Translations under genes and position numbers: made by a program | Shown here: positions 23,992-39,321 of the stretch, piece by piece | Numbering within the stretch: the stretch's first letter is position 1 | How the letters are laid out: each line of letters opens with the position of its first letter | Notes under the pieces: model-generated | The model's database searches: none | The model's input: only the letters and a program-made list of their open reading frames with translations | What the model was told of the DNA's origin: nothing | NCBI GenBank assembly: GCA_040954595.2 | Contig: CM082588.2 | Location: forward strand, 9,904,844-9,968,843 | From: Balanoglossus misakiensis | Lineage: Eukaryota > Animalia > Hemichordata | Direction: 5' to 3' | DNA length: 64,000 nt

Positions 23992-24545
23992 TGGTCCAGC
24001 TGTTACAGAGACCACCGGCTATTTTATTATAAACTGGTGGTAGGTCAGTGAATGCCTCTGTCTGATTGGACTAATCAGCTTGTCATACTCGCATGTATTT
24101 TTACAGACAGTTTTTGGACAAAAATCAGCTGTGGTCCAGCTGTTACAGAGACCACCGGCTATTTTATTATAAACTGGTGGTAGGTCAGTGCATGCCTCTG
24201 TCTGATTGGACTAATTAGCTTGTCATACTCGCATGTATTTTTACAGACAGTTTTTGGACAAAAATCAGCTGTGGTCCAGCTGTTACAGAGACCACCGGCT
24301 ATTTTATTATAAACTGGTGGTAGGTCAGTGAATGCCTCTGTCTGATAGGACTAATTAGCTTGTCATACTCGCATGTATTTTACAGACAGTTTTTGGATAA
24401 AAATCAGTTGTGGTCCAGTTGTTACAGAGACCACCGACTATTTTATTATAAACTGGTGGTAGGTCAGTGAATGCCTCTGTCTGATTGGACTAATTAGCTT
24501 GTCATACTCACATGTATTTTACAGACAGTTTTTGGACAAAAATCT
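23992..24545 (+). repeat. Tandem repeat, 140-bp unit, ~4 copies
   Basis: TGGTCCAG(C/T)TGTTACAGAGACCACCG at 23992, 24132, 24272 and 24411. Confidence 0.97.
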
Positions 24546-25657
24546 GTTTTTTTAGTGCTGCTTGTAAGATTGCAGTGACACATAACACTTGATTGGGCAT
24601 GGTGATTTTTTTTATGTTTCCATAGTATTTGAATATTTTTGCCATATATGCTTGCCAATGTCTCCCGCGATTTAATTTTGGTGAATACCTAAAATCTGTG
24701 TAATCCCCAAATGGCACAACAGTTTCCTATACGCTATGTTTTAAGAAGTTAATTATACATAGATATGCATCTTGTTAAAATGCACAACAGTCACGATTTT
24801 GTTCACGAGTTTTATTGCTGCCAGGACATAACCCAAATATTTTGATAATTTTGGCAATGACCTTTGAACTACTATCCCATGCCTTGGCATGTACAGCAGA
24901 TACAGCCTTCAAATTTGGAGGACTGGAACACCTAATGAAGTACATGTATTAACTTTAACACAATAATTATGTATATGAGCTATTTAAAGTTAACCAATAA
25001 AGCGTAGAAGTCTGGTTTTTGCTGGACACTTATCAGTTTGATATCAAAATTTGTTGGCACAAATTTGCGTGACCTCTGGCTTACTTACCATTTCTCAGCA
25101 TCCATAACAGATACAGCCTTTGCTTTCTGTTGGAACCATGCTAACCACTTTGGCTCCTACAATGCTGCTTATAGTTGGGTCTTCTTCATGGCGGCCATAT
25201 TGGTTTTTTGGATAACCTTTAAAAGTTGACATTTTTTTCAAAAATTACAAGGCCAATCAAGTTCTAATTTACTGTCCGTTCCAATTTTTTTCAATAATAT
25301 TGTTAGTAGTCATGTGAATTTGGATTAATTATGGATTTTTGAAAAATCTCATGAAAAATTTCCAAAGTCTTTTTTAATCAAGCTTTCAAGTGAATTGTGA
25401 TTGCTTTAACCTTATTCGAGCCAAATTGGATTTTCTGAACACTGATGAAAAACAAAGATTTCCTATTTCTAGCCTACTCATTGATAGCACACAAATTCCA
25501 TTTTTGGATACAAGTCGGCATATGACTAGAATACGTTACATTTTTGGCAACTTTCACATGTTCTTTGATCCAGTTTTTTTTCAGAATTTGATTAAACAAT
25601 TTGTTGGCCACTCTCACATGTCCTTTGATCCAGTAATTCTAGAACTTAATTTTATGT

Positions 25658-28600
25658 GGATATGCCTCTTGTTAAAAAGCACAACAGTCATAATTGTGTT
25701 CACATGAGTTTTATTGCTGCCAGGACATAACCCAAATATTTTGATAATTTTGGCAATGACCCTTGATCTACTTGGATATGTCTCTTGTTAAAAAGCACAA
25801 CAGTCATGATTTTGTTCACATGAGTACTATTGCTGCCTGGACATAACCCAAATATTTTGATAATTTTGGCAATGACCCTTGATCTACTTGGATATGTCTC
25901 TTGTAAAAAAACACAACAGTCATGATTTTGTTCACATGAGTACTATTGCTGCCTGGACATAACCCAAATATTTTGATAATTTTGGCAATGACCCTTGATC
26001 TACTTGGATATGTCTCTTGTTAAAAAGCACAACAGTCGTGATTTTGTTCACATGAGTACTACTGCTGCCAGGACATAACCAAAATATTTTGATAATTTTG
26101 GCAATGACCCTTGATCTACTTGGATATGCCTCTTGTAAAAAAACACAACAGTCATGATTTTGTTCACATGAGTACTATTGCTGCCTGGACATAACCCAAA
26201 TATTTTGATAATTTTGGCAATGACCCTTGATCTACTTGGATATGCCTCTTGTTAAAAAGCACAACAGTCGTGATTTTGTTCACATGAGTACTACTGCTGC
26301 CAGGACATAACCAAAATATTTTGATAATTTTGGCAATGACCCTTGATCTACTTGGATATGCCTCTTGTTAAAAAGCACAACAGTCATGAGTTTGTTCACA
26401 TGAGTACTATTGCTGCCTGGACATAACCCAAATTATTTGATAATTTTGGCAATGACCCTTGATCTACTTGGATATGTCTCTTGTTAAAAAGCACAAGAGT
26501 CATGATTTTGTTCACATGAGTTTTATTGCTGCCAGGACATAACACAAATATTTTGATAATTTTGGCAATGACCCTTGATCTACTTTGATATGTCTCTTGT
26601 TAAAAAGCACATCAGTCATGATTTTGTTCACATGAGTTTTATTGCTGCCAGGACATAACCCAAATGTTTTGATAATTTTGGCAATGGCCCTTGATCTACT
26701 TGGATATGTCTCTTGTTAAAAAGCACGACAGTCATGATTTTGTTCACATGAGTTTTATTGCTGCCAGGACATAACCCATATATTTTGATCATTTTGGCAA
26801 TGACCCTTGATCTACTTGGATATGTCTCTTGTTAAAAAGCGCAACAGTCATGATTTTGCTCACAGGAGTTTTATTGCTGCCAGGATATAACCCAAATATT
26901 TGGATAATTTTGGCAATGACCCTTGATCTACTTGGATATGTCTCTTGTTAAAAAGCACAACAGTCATGATTTTGTTCATATGAATTTTATTGCTGCCAGG
27001 ACATAACCCAAATATTTTGATAACTTTGGCAATGACTCTTGATCTACTTGGATATGTCTCTTGTTAAAAAGCACAACAGTCATGATTTTGTTCACACGAG
27101 TTTTATTGCTGCCAGGACATAACCCAAATATTTTGATAATTTTGGCCATGACCCTTGATCTACTTGGATATGTCTCTTGTTAAAAAGCACAACAGTCATG
27201 ATTTTGTTCACATGAGTTTTATTGTTGCCAGGACATAACCCAAATATTTTGATAATTTTGGCCATGATCTACTTTCCCATAACTTGCCATGCACAGCAGA
27301 TACGGCTTTCAAATTTAGAGGACTGGAACACCTAATGCAGTATTAATCTTTAACACAATCATTATGTACTTATCCTATTTAAAGTTAACCAATTGAGCTT
27401 AGATGTTTGGTTCTTGTTGGACACTTATCAGTTTGATGTCAAAATTTGTTGGCACAAATTTGCGTGACCTCTGGGTTACTTACCATTTCTCAGCATCCAT
27501 AACAGATACAGCCTTTGCTTTCTGTTGGAACCATGCTACCCACTTTGGTCACTCCAATGCTGCTTATAGTTGGGTCTTCTTCATGGCGGCCATATTGGAT
27601 TTTCTGATAATCTCTAAAAGTGGACATTTTTTTCTAAACTGCAGGGCCAATCAAGTTCTAATTTACTGTCCGTTCCAATTTTTTTCAATAATATTTTTAG
27701 TAGTCATGTGAATTTGGATTAATTATGGATTTTAGAAAAATCTCATGAAAAATTTCCAAAGTCTTTTTTAATCAAGCTTTCAAGTGAATTGTGATTGCTT
27801 TAACCTTATTCGAGCCAAATTGGATTTTCTGAACACTGATGAAAAACAAAGATTTCCTATTTCTAGCCTACTCATTGATAGCACACAAATTCCATTTTTG
27901 GATACAAGTCGGCATATGACTAGAATACGTTACATTTTTGGCAACTTTCACATGTTCTTTGATCCAGTTTTTTTTTCAGAATTTGATTAAACAATTTGTT
28001 GGCCACTCTCACAACAGTCATAATTGTGTTCACATGAGTTTTATTGCTGCCAGGACATAACCCAAATATTTTGATAATTTTGGCAATGACCCTTGATCTA
28101 CTTGGATATGTCTCTTGTTTAAAAGCACAACAGTCATGATTTTGTTCACATGAGTACTATTGCTGCCTGGACATAACCCAAATATTTTGATAATTTTGGC
28201 AATGACCCTTGATCTACTTGGATATGTCTCTTGTAAAAAAACACAACAGTCATGATTTTGTTCACATGAGTACTATTGCTGCCAGGACATAACCCAAATA
28301 TTTTGATAATTTTGGCAATGACCCTTGATCTACTTGGATATGCCTCTTGTTAAAAAGCACAACAGTCATGATTTTGTTCACATGAGTACTATTGCTGCCT
28401 GGACATAACCCAAATTATTTGATAATTTTGGCAATGACCCTTGATCTACTTGGATATGTCTCTTGTTAAAAAGCACAAGAGTCATGATTTTTTTCACATG
28501 AGTTTTATTGCTGCCAGGACATAACCCAAATATTTTGATAATTTTGGCAATGACCCTTGATCTACTTTGATATGTCTCTTGTTAAAAAGCACATCAGTCA

Positions 28601-31600
28601 TGATTTTGTTCACATGAGTTTTATTGCTGCCAGGACATAACCCAAATATTTTGATAATTTTGGCAATGGCCCATGATCTACTTGGATATGTCTCTTGTTA
28701 AAAAGCACAACAGTCATGATTTTGTTCACGTGAGTTTTATTGCTGCCAGGACATAACCCATATATTTTGATCATTTTGGCAATGACCCTTGATCTACTTG
28801 GATATGTCTCTTGTTAAAAAGCGCAACAGTCATGATTTTGTTCACATGAGTTTTATTGCTGCCAGGATATAACCCACATATTTGGATAATTTTGGCAATG
28901 ACCCTTGATCTACTTGGATATGTCTCTTGTTAAAAAGCACAACAGTCATGATTTTGTTCATATGAATTTTATTGCTGCCAGGACATAACCCAAATATTTT
29001 GATAACTTTGGCAATGACTCTTGATCTACTTGGATATGTCTCTTGTTAAAAAGCACAACAGTCATGATTTTGTTCACACGAGTTTTATTGCTGCCAGGAC
29101 ATAACCCAAATATTTTGATAATTTTGGCCATGATCTACTTTCCCATAACTTGCCATGCACAGCAGATACGGCTTTCAAATTTAGGGGACTGGAACACCTA
29201 ATGCAGTATTAATCTTTAACACAATCATTATGTACTTATCCTATTTAAAGTTAACCAATTGAGCTTAGATGTTTGGTTCTTGTTGGACACTTATCAGTTT
29301 GATGTCAAAATTTGTTGGCACAAATTTGCCTGACCTCTGGCTTACTTACCATTTCTCAGCATCCATAACAGATACAGCCTTTGCTTTCTGTTGGAACCAT
29401 GCTACCCACTTTGGTCACTCCAATGCTGCTTATAGTTGGGTCTTCTTCATGGCGGCCATATTGGATTTTCTGATAATCTCTAAAAGTGGACATTTTTTTC
29501 TAAACTGCAGGGCCAATCAAGTTCTAATTTACTGTCCGTTCCAATTTTTTTCAATAATATTGTTAGTAGTCATGTGAATTTGGATTAATTATGGATTTTT
29601 GAAAAATCTCATGAAAAATTTCCAAAGTCTTTTTTAATCAAGCTTTCAAGTGAATTGTGATTGCTTTAACCTTATTCGAGCCAAATTGGATTTTCTGAAC
29701 ACTGATGAAAAACAAAGATTTCCTATTTCTAGCCTACTCATTGATAGCACACAAATTCCATTTTTGGATACAAGTCGGCATATGACTAGAATACATTACA
29801 TTTTTGGCAACTTTCACATGTTCTTTGATCCAGTTTTTTTTTCAGAATTTGATTAAACAATTTGTTGGCCACTCTCACATGTCCTTTGATCCAGTAATTC
29901 TAGAACTTAATTTTATGTGGATATGCCTCTTGTTAAAAAGCACAACAGTCATAATTGTGTTCACATGAGTTTTATTGCTGCCAGGACATAACCCAAATAT
30001 TTTGATAATTTTGGCAATGACCCTTGATCTACTTGGATATGTCTCTTGTTAAAAAGCACAACAGTCATGATTTTGTTCACATGAGTACTATTGCTGCCTG
30101 GACATAACCCAAATATTTTGATAATTTTGGCAATGACCCTTGATCTACTTGGATATGTCTCTTGTAAAAAAACACAACAGTCATGATTTTTTTCACATGA
30201 GTACTATTGCTGCCTGGACATAACCCAAATATTTTGATAATTTTGGCAATGACCCTTGATCTACTTGGATATGCCTCTTGTTAAAAAGCACAACAGTCAT
30301 GATTTTGTTCACACGAGTACTATTGCTGCCTGGACATAACCCAAATTATTTGATAATTTTGGCAATGACCCTTGATCTACTTGGATATGTCTCTTGTTAA
30401 AAAGCACAACAGTCATGATTTTGTTCATATGAATTTTATTGCTGCCAGGACATAACCCAAATATTTTGATAATTTTGGCCATGATCTACTTTCCCATAAC
30501 TTGCCATGCACAGCAGATACGGCTTTCAAATTTAGAGGACTGGAACACCTAATGCAGTATTAATCTTTAACACAATCATTATGTACTTATCCTATTTAAA
30601 GTTAACCAATTGAGCTTAGATGTTTGGTTCTTGTTGGACACTTATCAGTTTGATGTCAAAATTTGTTGGCACAAATTTGCGTGACCTCTGGCTTACTTAC
30701 CATTTCTCAGCATCCATAACAGATACAGCCTTTGCTTTCTGTTGGAACCATGCTACCCACTTTGGTCACTCCAATGCTGCTTATAGTTGGGTCTTCTTCA
30801 TGGCGGCCATATTGGATTTTCTGATAATCTCTAAAAGTGGACATTTTTTTCTAAACTGCAGGGCCAATCAAGTTCTAATTTACTGTCCGTTCCAATTTTT
30901 TTCAATAATATTGTTAGTAGTCATGTGAATTTGGATTAATTATGGATTTTTGAAAAATCTCATGAAAAATTTCCAAAGTCTTTTTTAATCAAGCTTTCAA
31001 GTGAATTGTGATTGCTTTAACCTTATTCGAGCCAAATTGGATTTTCTGAACACTGATGAAAAACAAAGATTTCCTATTTCTAGCCTACTCATTGATAGCA
31101 CACAAATTCCATTTTTGGATACAAGTCGGCATATGACTAGAATACATTACATTTTTGGCAACTTTCACATGTTCTTTGATCCAGTTTTTTTTTCAGAATT
31201 TGATTAAACAATTTGTTGGCCACTCTCACATGTCCTTTGATCCAGTAATTCTAGAACTTAATTTTATGTGGATATGTCTCTTGTTAAAAAGCACAACAGT
31301 CATGATTTTGTTCACATGAGTACTATTGCTGCCTGGACATAACCCAAATATTTTGATAATTTTGGCAATGACCCTTGATCTACTTGGATATGCCTCTTGT
31401 TAAAAAGCACAACAGTCATGATTTTGTTCACATGAGTACTATTGCTGCCTGGACATAACCCAAATATTTTGATAATTTTGGCAATGACCCTTGATCTACT
31501 TGGATATGTCTCTTGTTAAAAAGCACAACAGTCATGATTTTGTTCACATGTGTACTATTGCTGCCTGGACATAACCCAAATATTTTGATAATTTTGGCAA

Positions 31601-34387
31601 TGACCCTTGATCTACTTGGATATGTCTCTTGTTAAAAGGCACAACAGTCATGATTTTGTTCACATGAGTTTTATTGCTGCCAGGACATAACCCAAATATT
31701 TTGATAATCTTAGTAATGACCCTTGATCTACTTGGATATGTCTCTTGTTAAAAAGCACAACAGTCATGATTTTGTTCACATGAGTACTATTGCTGCCTGG
31801 ACATAACCCAAATATTTTGATAATTTTGGCAATGACCCTTGATCTACTTGGATATGTCTCTTGTTTAAAAGCACAACAGTCATGATTTTGTTCACATGAG
31901 TACTATTGCTGCCTGGACATAACCCAAATATTTTGATAATTTTGGCAATGACCCTTGATCTACTTGGACATGCCTCTTGTTAAAAAGCACAACAGTCATG
32001 ATTTTGTTCACATGAGTACTATTGCTGCCTGGACATAACCCAAATATTTTGATAATTTTGGCAATGACCCTTGATCTACTTGGATATGTCTCTTGTTAAA
32101 AAGCACAACAGTCATGATTTTGTTCACATGAGTTTTATTGCTGCCAGGACATAACCCAAATATTTTGATAATCTTGGCAATGACCCTTGATCTACTTGGA
32201 TATGTCTCTTGTTAAAAAGCACAACAGTCATGATTTTGTTCACATGAGTACTATTGCTGCCTGGACATAACCCAAATATTTTGATAATTTTGACAATGAC
32301 CCTTGATCTACTTGGACATGCCTCTTGTTAAAAAGCACAACAGTCATGATTTTGTTCACATGAGTACTATTGCTGCCTGGACATAACCCAAATATTTTGA
32401 TAATTTTGACAATGACCCTTGATCTACTTGGACATGCCTCTTGTTAAAAAGCACAACAGTCATGATTTTGTTCACATGAGTACTATTGCTGCCTGGACAT
32501 AACCCAAATATTTTGATAATTTTGGCAATGACCCTTGATCTACTTGGATATGTCTCTTGTTAAAAAGCACAACAGTCATGATTTTGTTCACATGAGTTTT
32601 ATTGCTGCCAGGACATAACCCAAATATTTTGATAATCTTGGCAATGACCCTTGATCTACTTGGATATGTCTCTTGTTAAAAAGCACAACAGTCATGATTT
32701 TGTTCACATGAGTACTATTGCTGCCTGGACATAACCCAAATATTTTGATAATTTTGGCAATGACCCTTGATCTACTTGGATATGCCTCTTGTTAAAAAGC
32801 ACAACAGTCATGATTTTGTTCACATGAGTACTATTGCTGCCTGGACATAACCCAAATATTTTGATAATTTTGGCAATGACCCTTGATCTACTTGGATATG
32901 TCTCTTGTTAAAAAGCACAACAGTCATGATTTTGTTCACATGAGTACTATTGCTGCCTGGACATAACCCAAATATTTTGATAATTTTGGCAATGACCCTT
33001 GATCTACTTGGATATGTCTCTTGTTAAAAAAGCACAACAGTCATGATTTTGTTCACATGAGTTTTATTGCTGCCAGGACATAACCCAAATATTTGGATAA
33101 TTTTGGCAATGACCCTTGATCTACTTGGATATGTCTCTTGTTAAAAGGCACAACAGTCATGATTTTGTTCACATGAGTTTTATTGCTGCCAGGACATAAC
33201 CCAAATATTTTGATAATCTTGGTAATGACCCTTGATCTACTTGGATATGTCTCTTGTTAAAAAGCACAACAGTCATGATTTTGTTCACATGAGTACTATT
33301 GCTGCCTGGACATAACCCAAATATTTTGATAATTTTGGCAATGACCCTTGATCTACTTGGATATGTCTCTTGTTAAAAAGCACAACAGTCATGATTTGGT
33401 TCACATGAGTACTATTGCTGCCTGGACATAACCCAAATATTTTGATAATTTTGGCAATGACCCTTGATCTACTTGGATATGCCTCTTGTTAAAAAGCACA
33501 ACAGTCATGATTTTGTTCACATGAGTACTATTGCTGCCTGGACATAACCCAAATATTTTGATAATTTTGGCAATGACCCTTGATCTACTTGGATATGTCT
33601 CTTGTTAAAAAGCACAACAGTCATGATTTTGTTCACATGAGTACTATTGCTGCCTGAACATAACCCAAATATTTTGATAATTTTGGCAATGACCCTTGAT
33701 CTACTTGGATATGTCTCTTGTTAAAAAGCACAACAGTCATGATTTTGTTCACATGAGTTTTATTGCTGCCAGGACATAACCCAAATATTTTGATAATTTT
33801 GGCAATGACCCTTGATCTACTTGGATATGTCTCTTGTTAAAAAGCACAACAGTCATGATTTTGTTCACATGAGTTTTATTGCTGCCAGGACATAACCCAT
33901 ATATTTTGATCATTTTGGCAATGACCCTTGATCTACTTGGATATGTCTCTTGTTAAAAAGCACAACAGTCATGATTTTGTTCACATGAGTTTTATTGCTG
34001 CCAGGACATAACCCAAATATTTGGATAATTTTGGCAATGACCCTTGATCTACTTGGATATGTCTCTTGTTAAAAAGCACAACAGTCATGATTTTGTTCAT
34101 ATGAATTTTATTGCTGCCAGGACATAACCCAAATATTTTGATTATTTCGGCCATGACCCTTGATCTACTTGGATATGTCTCTTGTTAAAAAGCACAACAG
34201 TCATGATTTTGTTCACATGAGTTTTATTCTGGCCAGGACATAACCCAAATATTTTGATAATTTTGGCCATGACCCTTGATCTACTTGGATATGTCTCTTG
34301 TTAAAAAGCACAACAGTCATGATTTTGTACACATGAGTACTATTGCTGCCTGGACATAACCCAAATATTTTGATAATTTTGGCCATG
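25658..34387 (+). repeat. 116-bp satellite blocks: ~14 (25658-27265), ~10 (28012-29130), 5 (29919-30482) and ~27 (31270-34387) copies; 4 more at 36081-36527
   Basis: Monomer GGATATGTCTCTTGTTAAAAAGCACAACAGTCATG..GACCCTTGATCTACTT, starting at 25774, 25890, 26006 and so on. Confidence 0.97.
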
Positions 34388-37358
34388 ATCTTCTTTCCCA
34401 TAACTTGCCATGCACAGCAGATACGGCTTTCAAATTTAGAGGACTGGAACACCTAATGAAGTATTAATTTTTAACACAATCATTATGTACTTATCCTATT
34501 TAAAGTTAACCAATTGAGCTTAGAAGTTTGGTTCTTGCTGGACACTTATCAGTTTGATGTCAAAATTTGTTGGCACAAATTTGCCTGACCTCTGGCTTAC
34601 TTACCATTTCTCAGCATCCATAACAGATACAGCCTTTGCTTTCTGTTGGAACCATGCTAACCACTTTGGTCACTCCAATGCTGCTTATAGTTGGGTCTTC
34701 TTCATGGCGGCCATATTGGATTTTCTGATAATCTCTAAAAGTGGACATTTTTTTTCTAAACTGCAGGGCCAATCAAGTTCTAATTTACTGGCCGTTCCAT
34801 TTTTTTTTTCAATTATATTAATAGTGGTCATGTGAATTTGGATTCATTATGGATTTTTTTCAAAAACTCATGAAAAATTTCCAAAATCTTTTTTAATCAA
34901 GCTTTCAAGTGAATTGTGATTGGTTAAACCTTATTGAAGTCAAATTGGATTGTCTGAACTCCGATTAAAAACTAAAATTTCCTATTTCAAGGCTACTGAA
35001 TGATAGCACACCAATCCTTTTTATGGATACGAGTCACCTTAAGTCCAGAATATGTTAAACAATTTTTATCAACTTTCACATGTCCTTTCATCCATTTTTT
35101 CAACACTTAATTATACTATTTTTTTGCAACTTTCATTCGTCTTTTGATCCAGATCTTTCAGAACTTAATTCTACGTTGATATGCCTCTTGTTAAAAAGCA
35201 CAACAGTCGTGATTTTGTTCACATGAGTACTACTGCTGCCAGGACATAACCCAAATATTTTGATAATTTTGGCAGTAACTTTTGATCTACATTCCCATAA
35301 CTTGGCATGTACAGCAGATACAGCTTTTAAATTTAGAGGCTTGGAACACCTAATGAAGTACATGTATTAACTTTAACACAATAATTATGTATATAAGCTA
35401 TTTAAAGTTAACTAATAAAGCGTAGAAGTCTGCTTTTTGTTGGACACTGATCAGTTTGGTATCAAATTTTGTTGGCACATTTTGCATCACCTCTGGCATA
35501 CTTTACCATTTCTAGGCATCCACAACAGATACAGCCTTTGCTTTCTGTTGGAACCATGCTAACCGCTTTGGCCACTCCAATGTTGCTTGTAGCTCTAATT
35601 GTCTTCTTCATGGTGGCCATATTGGATTTTCTAATAACCTTTAAAAGTTGACATTTTCATAAACTACAGGGCAAATCAAATTCTAGTTTACTGTAGGGTT
35701 GAAAGTTTCACAAAAATATCATTAGTGGTCATGTGACTTTGGGTGCCTAATTGGATTGTTTAAAAATCTCATTAAAAAATTACAGAACATCTTTTTCTAA
35801 TCAAGTTTTCAAGTGAATTGTGATTGGTGTCACCTTATTGGAGCCAAATTGGATTTTTCTGAACACTGATTAAAAACTAAGATTTCCTATTTCTAGCCTA
35901 CTCATTGAAAGCACACAAATTAATTTTTTGGATACGAGTCGCCATATGACTAGAATACGTTACATTTTTTGGCAACTTTCACATGTCCTTTGATCCAGTT
36001 TTTTCAAAACTTGATTAAACAATTTGTTGGCAACTCTCGCATGTCCTTTGACCCAGTAATTCCATAACTTAATTGTATGTGGATATGGCTCTTGATAAAA
36101 AGCTCAACAGTCATGATTTTGTTCATAGAGTACTACTGCTGCCAGGACATAACCCAAATATTTTGATAATTTTGGCAATGACCATTGATCTACTTGGATA
36201 TGTCTCTTGTTAAAAAGCACAACAGTCATGATTTTGTTCATAGAGTACTACTGCTGCCAGGACATAACCCAAATATTTTGATAATTTTGGCAATGACCAT
36301 TGATCTACTTGGATATGTCTCTTGTTAAAAAGCACAACAGTCATGATTTTGTTCACATGAGTTTTATTGCTGCCAGGACATAACCCAAATATTTTGATAA
36401 TTTTGGCCATGACCCTTGATCTACTTGGATATGTCTCTTGTTAAAAAGCACAACAGTCATGATTTTGTACACATGAGTACTATTGCTGCCTGGACAAAAC
36501 CCAAATATTTTGATAATTTTGGCCATGATCTACTTAAATCCTATTTAAAGTTAACCAATTGAGCTTAGAAGTTTGGTTCTTGTTGGACACTTATCAGTTT
36601 GATATCAAAATTTGTTGGCACAAATTTCCGTGACCTCTGGCTTACCTACCATTCTAAGAATCCACAACAGATACAGAGTTTGCTTTCTGTTGGAACCATG
36701 CTAACTGCTTTGGCCCCTGTGATGCTGCATGTTCTTTTAATTGTCTTCTTCATGGTGGCCATATTGGATTTTCTGATAACCTTTAAAAGTTGACATTTTT
36801 TTTTCAAAAATTACAAGGCCAATCAAGTTCTAATTTACTGTACGTTCCAATTTTTTTAAATAATATTGTTAGTGTTCATGTGAATTTGGATTTATTATGG
36901 ATTTTTGAAAAATCCCATGAAAAATTTCCAAAATCTTTTTTTAATCACGCTTTCGCGTAAATTGTGATTGGTTAAACCTTATTGAAGCCTAATTGGATTT
37001 TCTGAACTCCGATTAAAAACTAAAATTTCCTATTTGTAGGCTACTGAATGATAGCACACCAAGCCTTTTTATGGATAGAGTCAACATAAGACCAGAAATT
37101 TGTCAACTTTCACATGTCCATTGATCCTTTTTTTAACACTTAATTATACAATTTTTTGCAACTTTCATTTTCCCTTTGATCAAGATCTTTCAGAACTTAA
37201 TTGTACATTGATATGTCTCTTGTTAAAAAGCACAACAGTCATGATTTTGTTCACATGAGTACTACTCTGGCAGGACATAACCCAAATATTTGGATAATTT
37301 TGGCAATGACCCTTGATCTACATTTCCAAAACTTGGCATGCACAGCAGATACAGCTTT

Positions 37359-39321
37359 TATTAGCTCTGCTGTCACTTGTGTCAGCCGAGCTGTAGCAGT
37401 AGGTTGATAAATGTCCGTCCGTCGTCTGTCGTCCGTCATCCGTCATCCGTCGTCCGTCGTCCGTCAACTTTTGGTATTTCAATCTTCTTCTATAAAACTA
37501 CTTGGCATATTTAGCTGAAATTTGGTTGGAATGTGTGTTATGGTGCCCTTACCTGATTTTGTTAATTTGGATTTGATCGGGTCATGAATATGCAAATTAG
37601 ATCTAAAAATAAAATTTTTGGTAAAAAAATCTTCTTCTCCCTAACTACATGTACGATGGAGCTGAAATTTGGTAGGAATGTGTGTTATGGTGTCCCTACC
37701 TGATTTTTAGCTCTGCTGTCACTTGTGTCAGCCGAGCTGTAGCAGTAGGTTGATAAGTGTCCGTCCGTCGTCCGTCGTCTGTCGTCCGTCGTCTGTCGTC
37801 CGTCGTCCGTCGTCCGTCGTCCGTCAACTTTTTGTATTTCAATCTTCTTCTTTAAAACAACTGGGCATATTTAGCTGAAATTTGGTTGGAATGTGTGTTA
37901 TGGTGCCTTTAACTGATTTTGTTAATTTGGATTTGATGGGGTCATGAATATGCAAATTAGATCTAAAAATAGAATTTTGGTAAAAAATCTTCTTCTCCAT
38001 AACTACATGTACAATGGAGCTGAAATTTGGTAGGAATGTGTGTTATGGTGCCCCTACCTGATTTTGTAAATTTGGATTTGATGGGGTCATAAATATGCAA
38101 ATTAGATCTAAAAATATAATTTTTGGTCAAAAATGTTCTTCTCCCTAACTACACGTACGATGGAGCTGAAATATGGTAGGAATGTGTGTTATGATGCCCC
38201 TACCTGATTTTATAAATTTGGATATGATCGGGTCATGAATATGTAAATTAGATCTAAAAATATAATTTTTGGTAAAAAATCTTCTTCTCCCTAACTATTT
38301 GTACGATGGACATGAAATTTAGTAGGAATGTGTGTTATAGTGTCCCTACCTAATTTTGTTAATTTGGATTTGATTGGGTCATAAATATGCAAATTAGATC
38401 TAAAAATAGAATTTTTGGTCAAAAATCTTCTTCTCCCTAACTACATGTACGATGGCGCTGAAATTTAGTAGGAATGTGTGTTATGGTGCCCCTACCTGAT
38501 TTTGCTAATTTGGATATGATGGGGTCATAAATATGCAAATTAGATCTAAAAATAGAATTTTTGGTAAAAAAATCTTCTCCCTAAATACATGTACGATGGA
38601 GTTGAAATTTGGTAGAATGTGTGTTATGGTGCCCCTACCTGATTTTGTTTTATTGGAGTTTTGATCGGGTCATGAATATGCAAATTAGAACATTGGTACT
38701 TCCTTTTGATGTTGTTCTTTAGGAATAAATTCTTTCTTTCTTTAGCACAATGAATCAAGCTGAATGTGGATATTAAATACTTGTGATGTCTATGTTTGGT
38801 TTTGTTTAATAGAATACAATTGTTATGATTAAAACCTAGGGTATTCATATCATTGCCCAGCTATAGGTTTCACTGTTAAAGTCAGCAGAGCTCTTTTGAC
38901 CGATAGGTCACTTGTGTTAATTTGGATTTGATCGGGTCATGAATATGCAAATTAGATCTAAAAATAAAATTTTTGGTAAAAAATCTTCTTCTCCCTAACT
39001 ACATGTACGATGGAGCTGAAAATTGGTAGGAATGTGTGGTATGGTGCCCCTACCTGATTTTGTTAATTGGAATTTTGATGGGGTCATGAATATGCAAATT
39101 AGAACCTTGGTACTTCCTTTTGATGTTGTTCTTTAGAATTCAATTCTTTCTTTCTTTAGTGCAATGAATCAAGCTGAATTTGGATAAATACTTGTGATGT
39201 CTATGTTTGGTTTTGTTGAATAGAATACAATTGTTATGAATTAAAACCTAGGGTATTCATATCATCGCCCAGGTTACACTGTTAAGGTCAGCAGAGCTCA
39301 TTTGACCAATAGGTCACTTGT
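37359..39321 (+). mobile_element. Helentron-associated non-autonomous element (HINE/DINE-1-like), outer copy
   Basis: 5' TTAGCTCTGCTG, (CCGTCGT)n microsatellite, ~146-bp internal repeats, 3' CAGCAGAGCT subterminal IR plus TGACC-AATA-GGTCA stem-loop plus CTTGT. Inserted in the T-run of GATACAGCTTTT|AAATTTAGAGG with no target duplication. Confidence 0.88.
37706..38915 (+). mobile_element. Second copy of the same element nested in the first
   Basis: Same 5' end at ~37707 and same 3' end at 38881-38915. It splits the internal repeat CCTGATTTT|GTTAATTTGG. Confidence 0.88.

Noticed and set aside
25658-34387. CRISPR-like array
   Set aside because: The monomers are full-length tandem copies with no unique spacers, there are no cas genes, and the context is eukaryotic.
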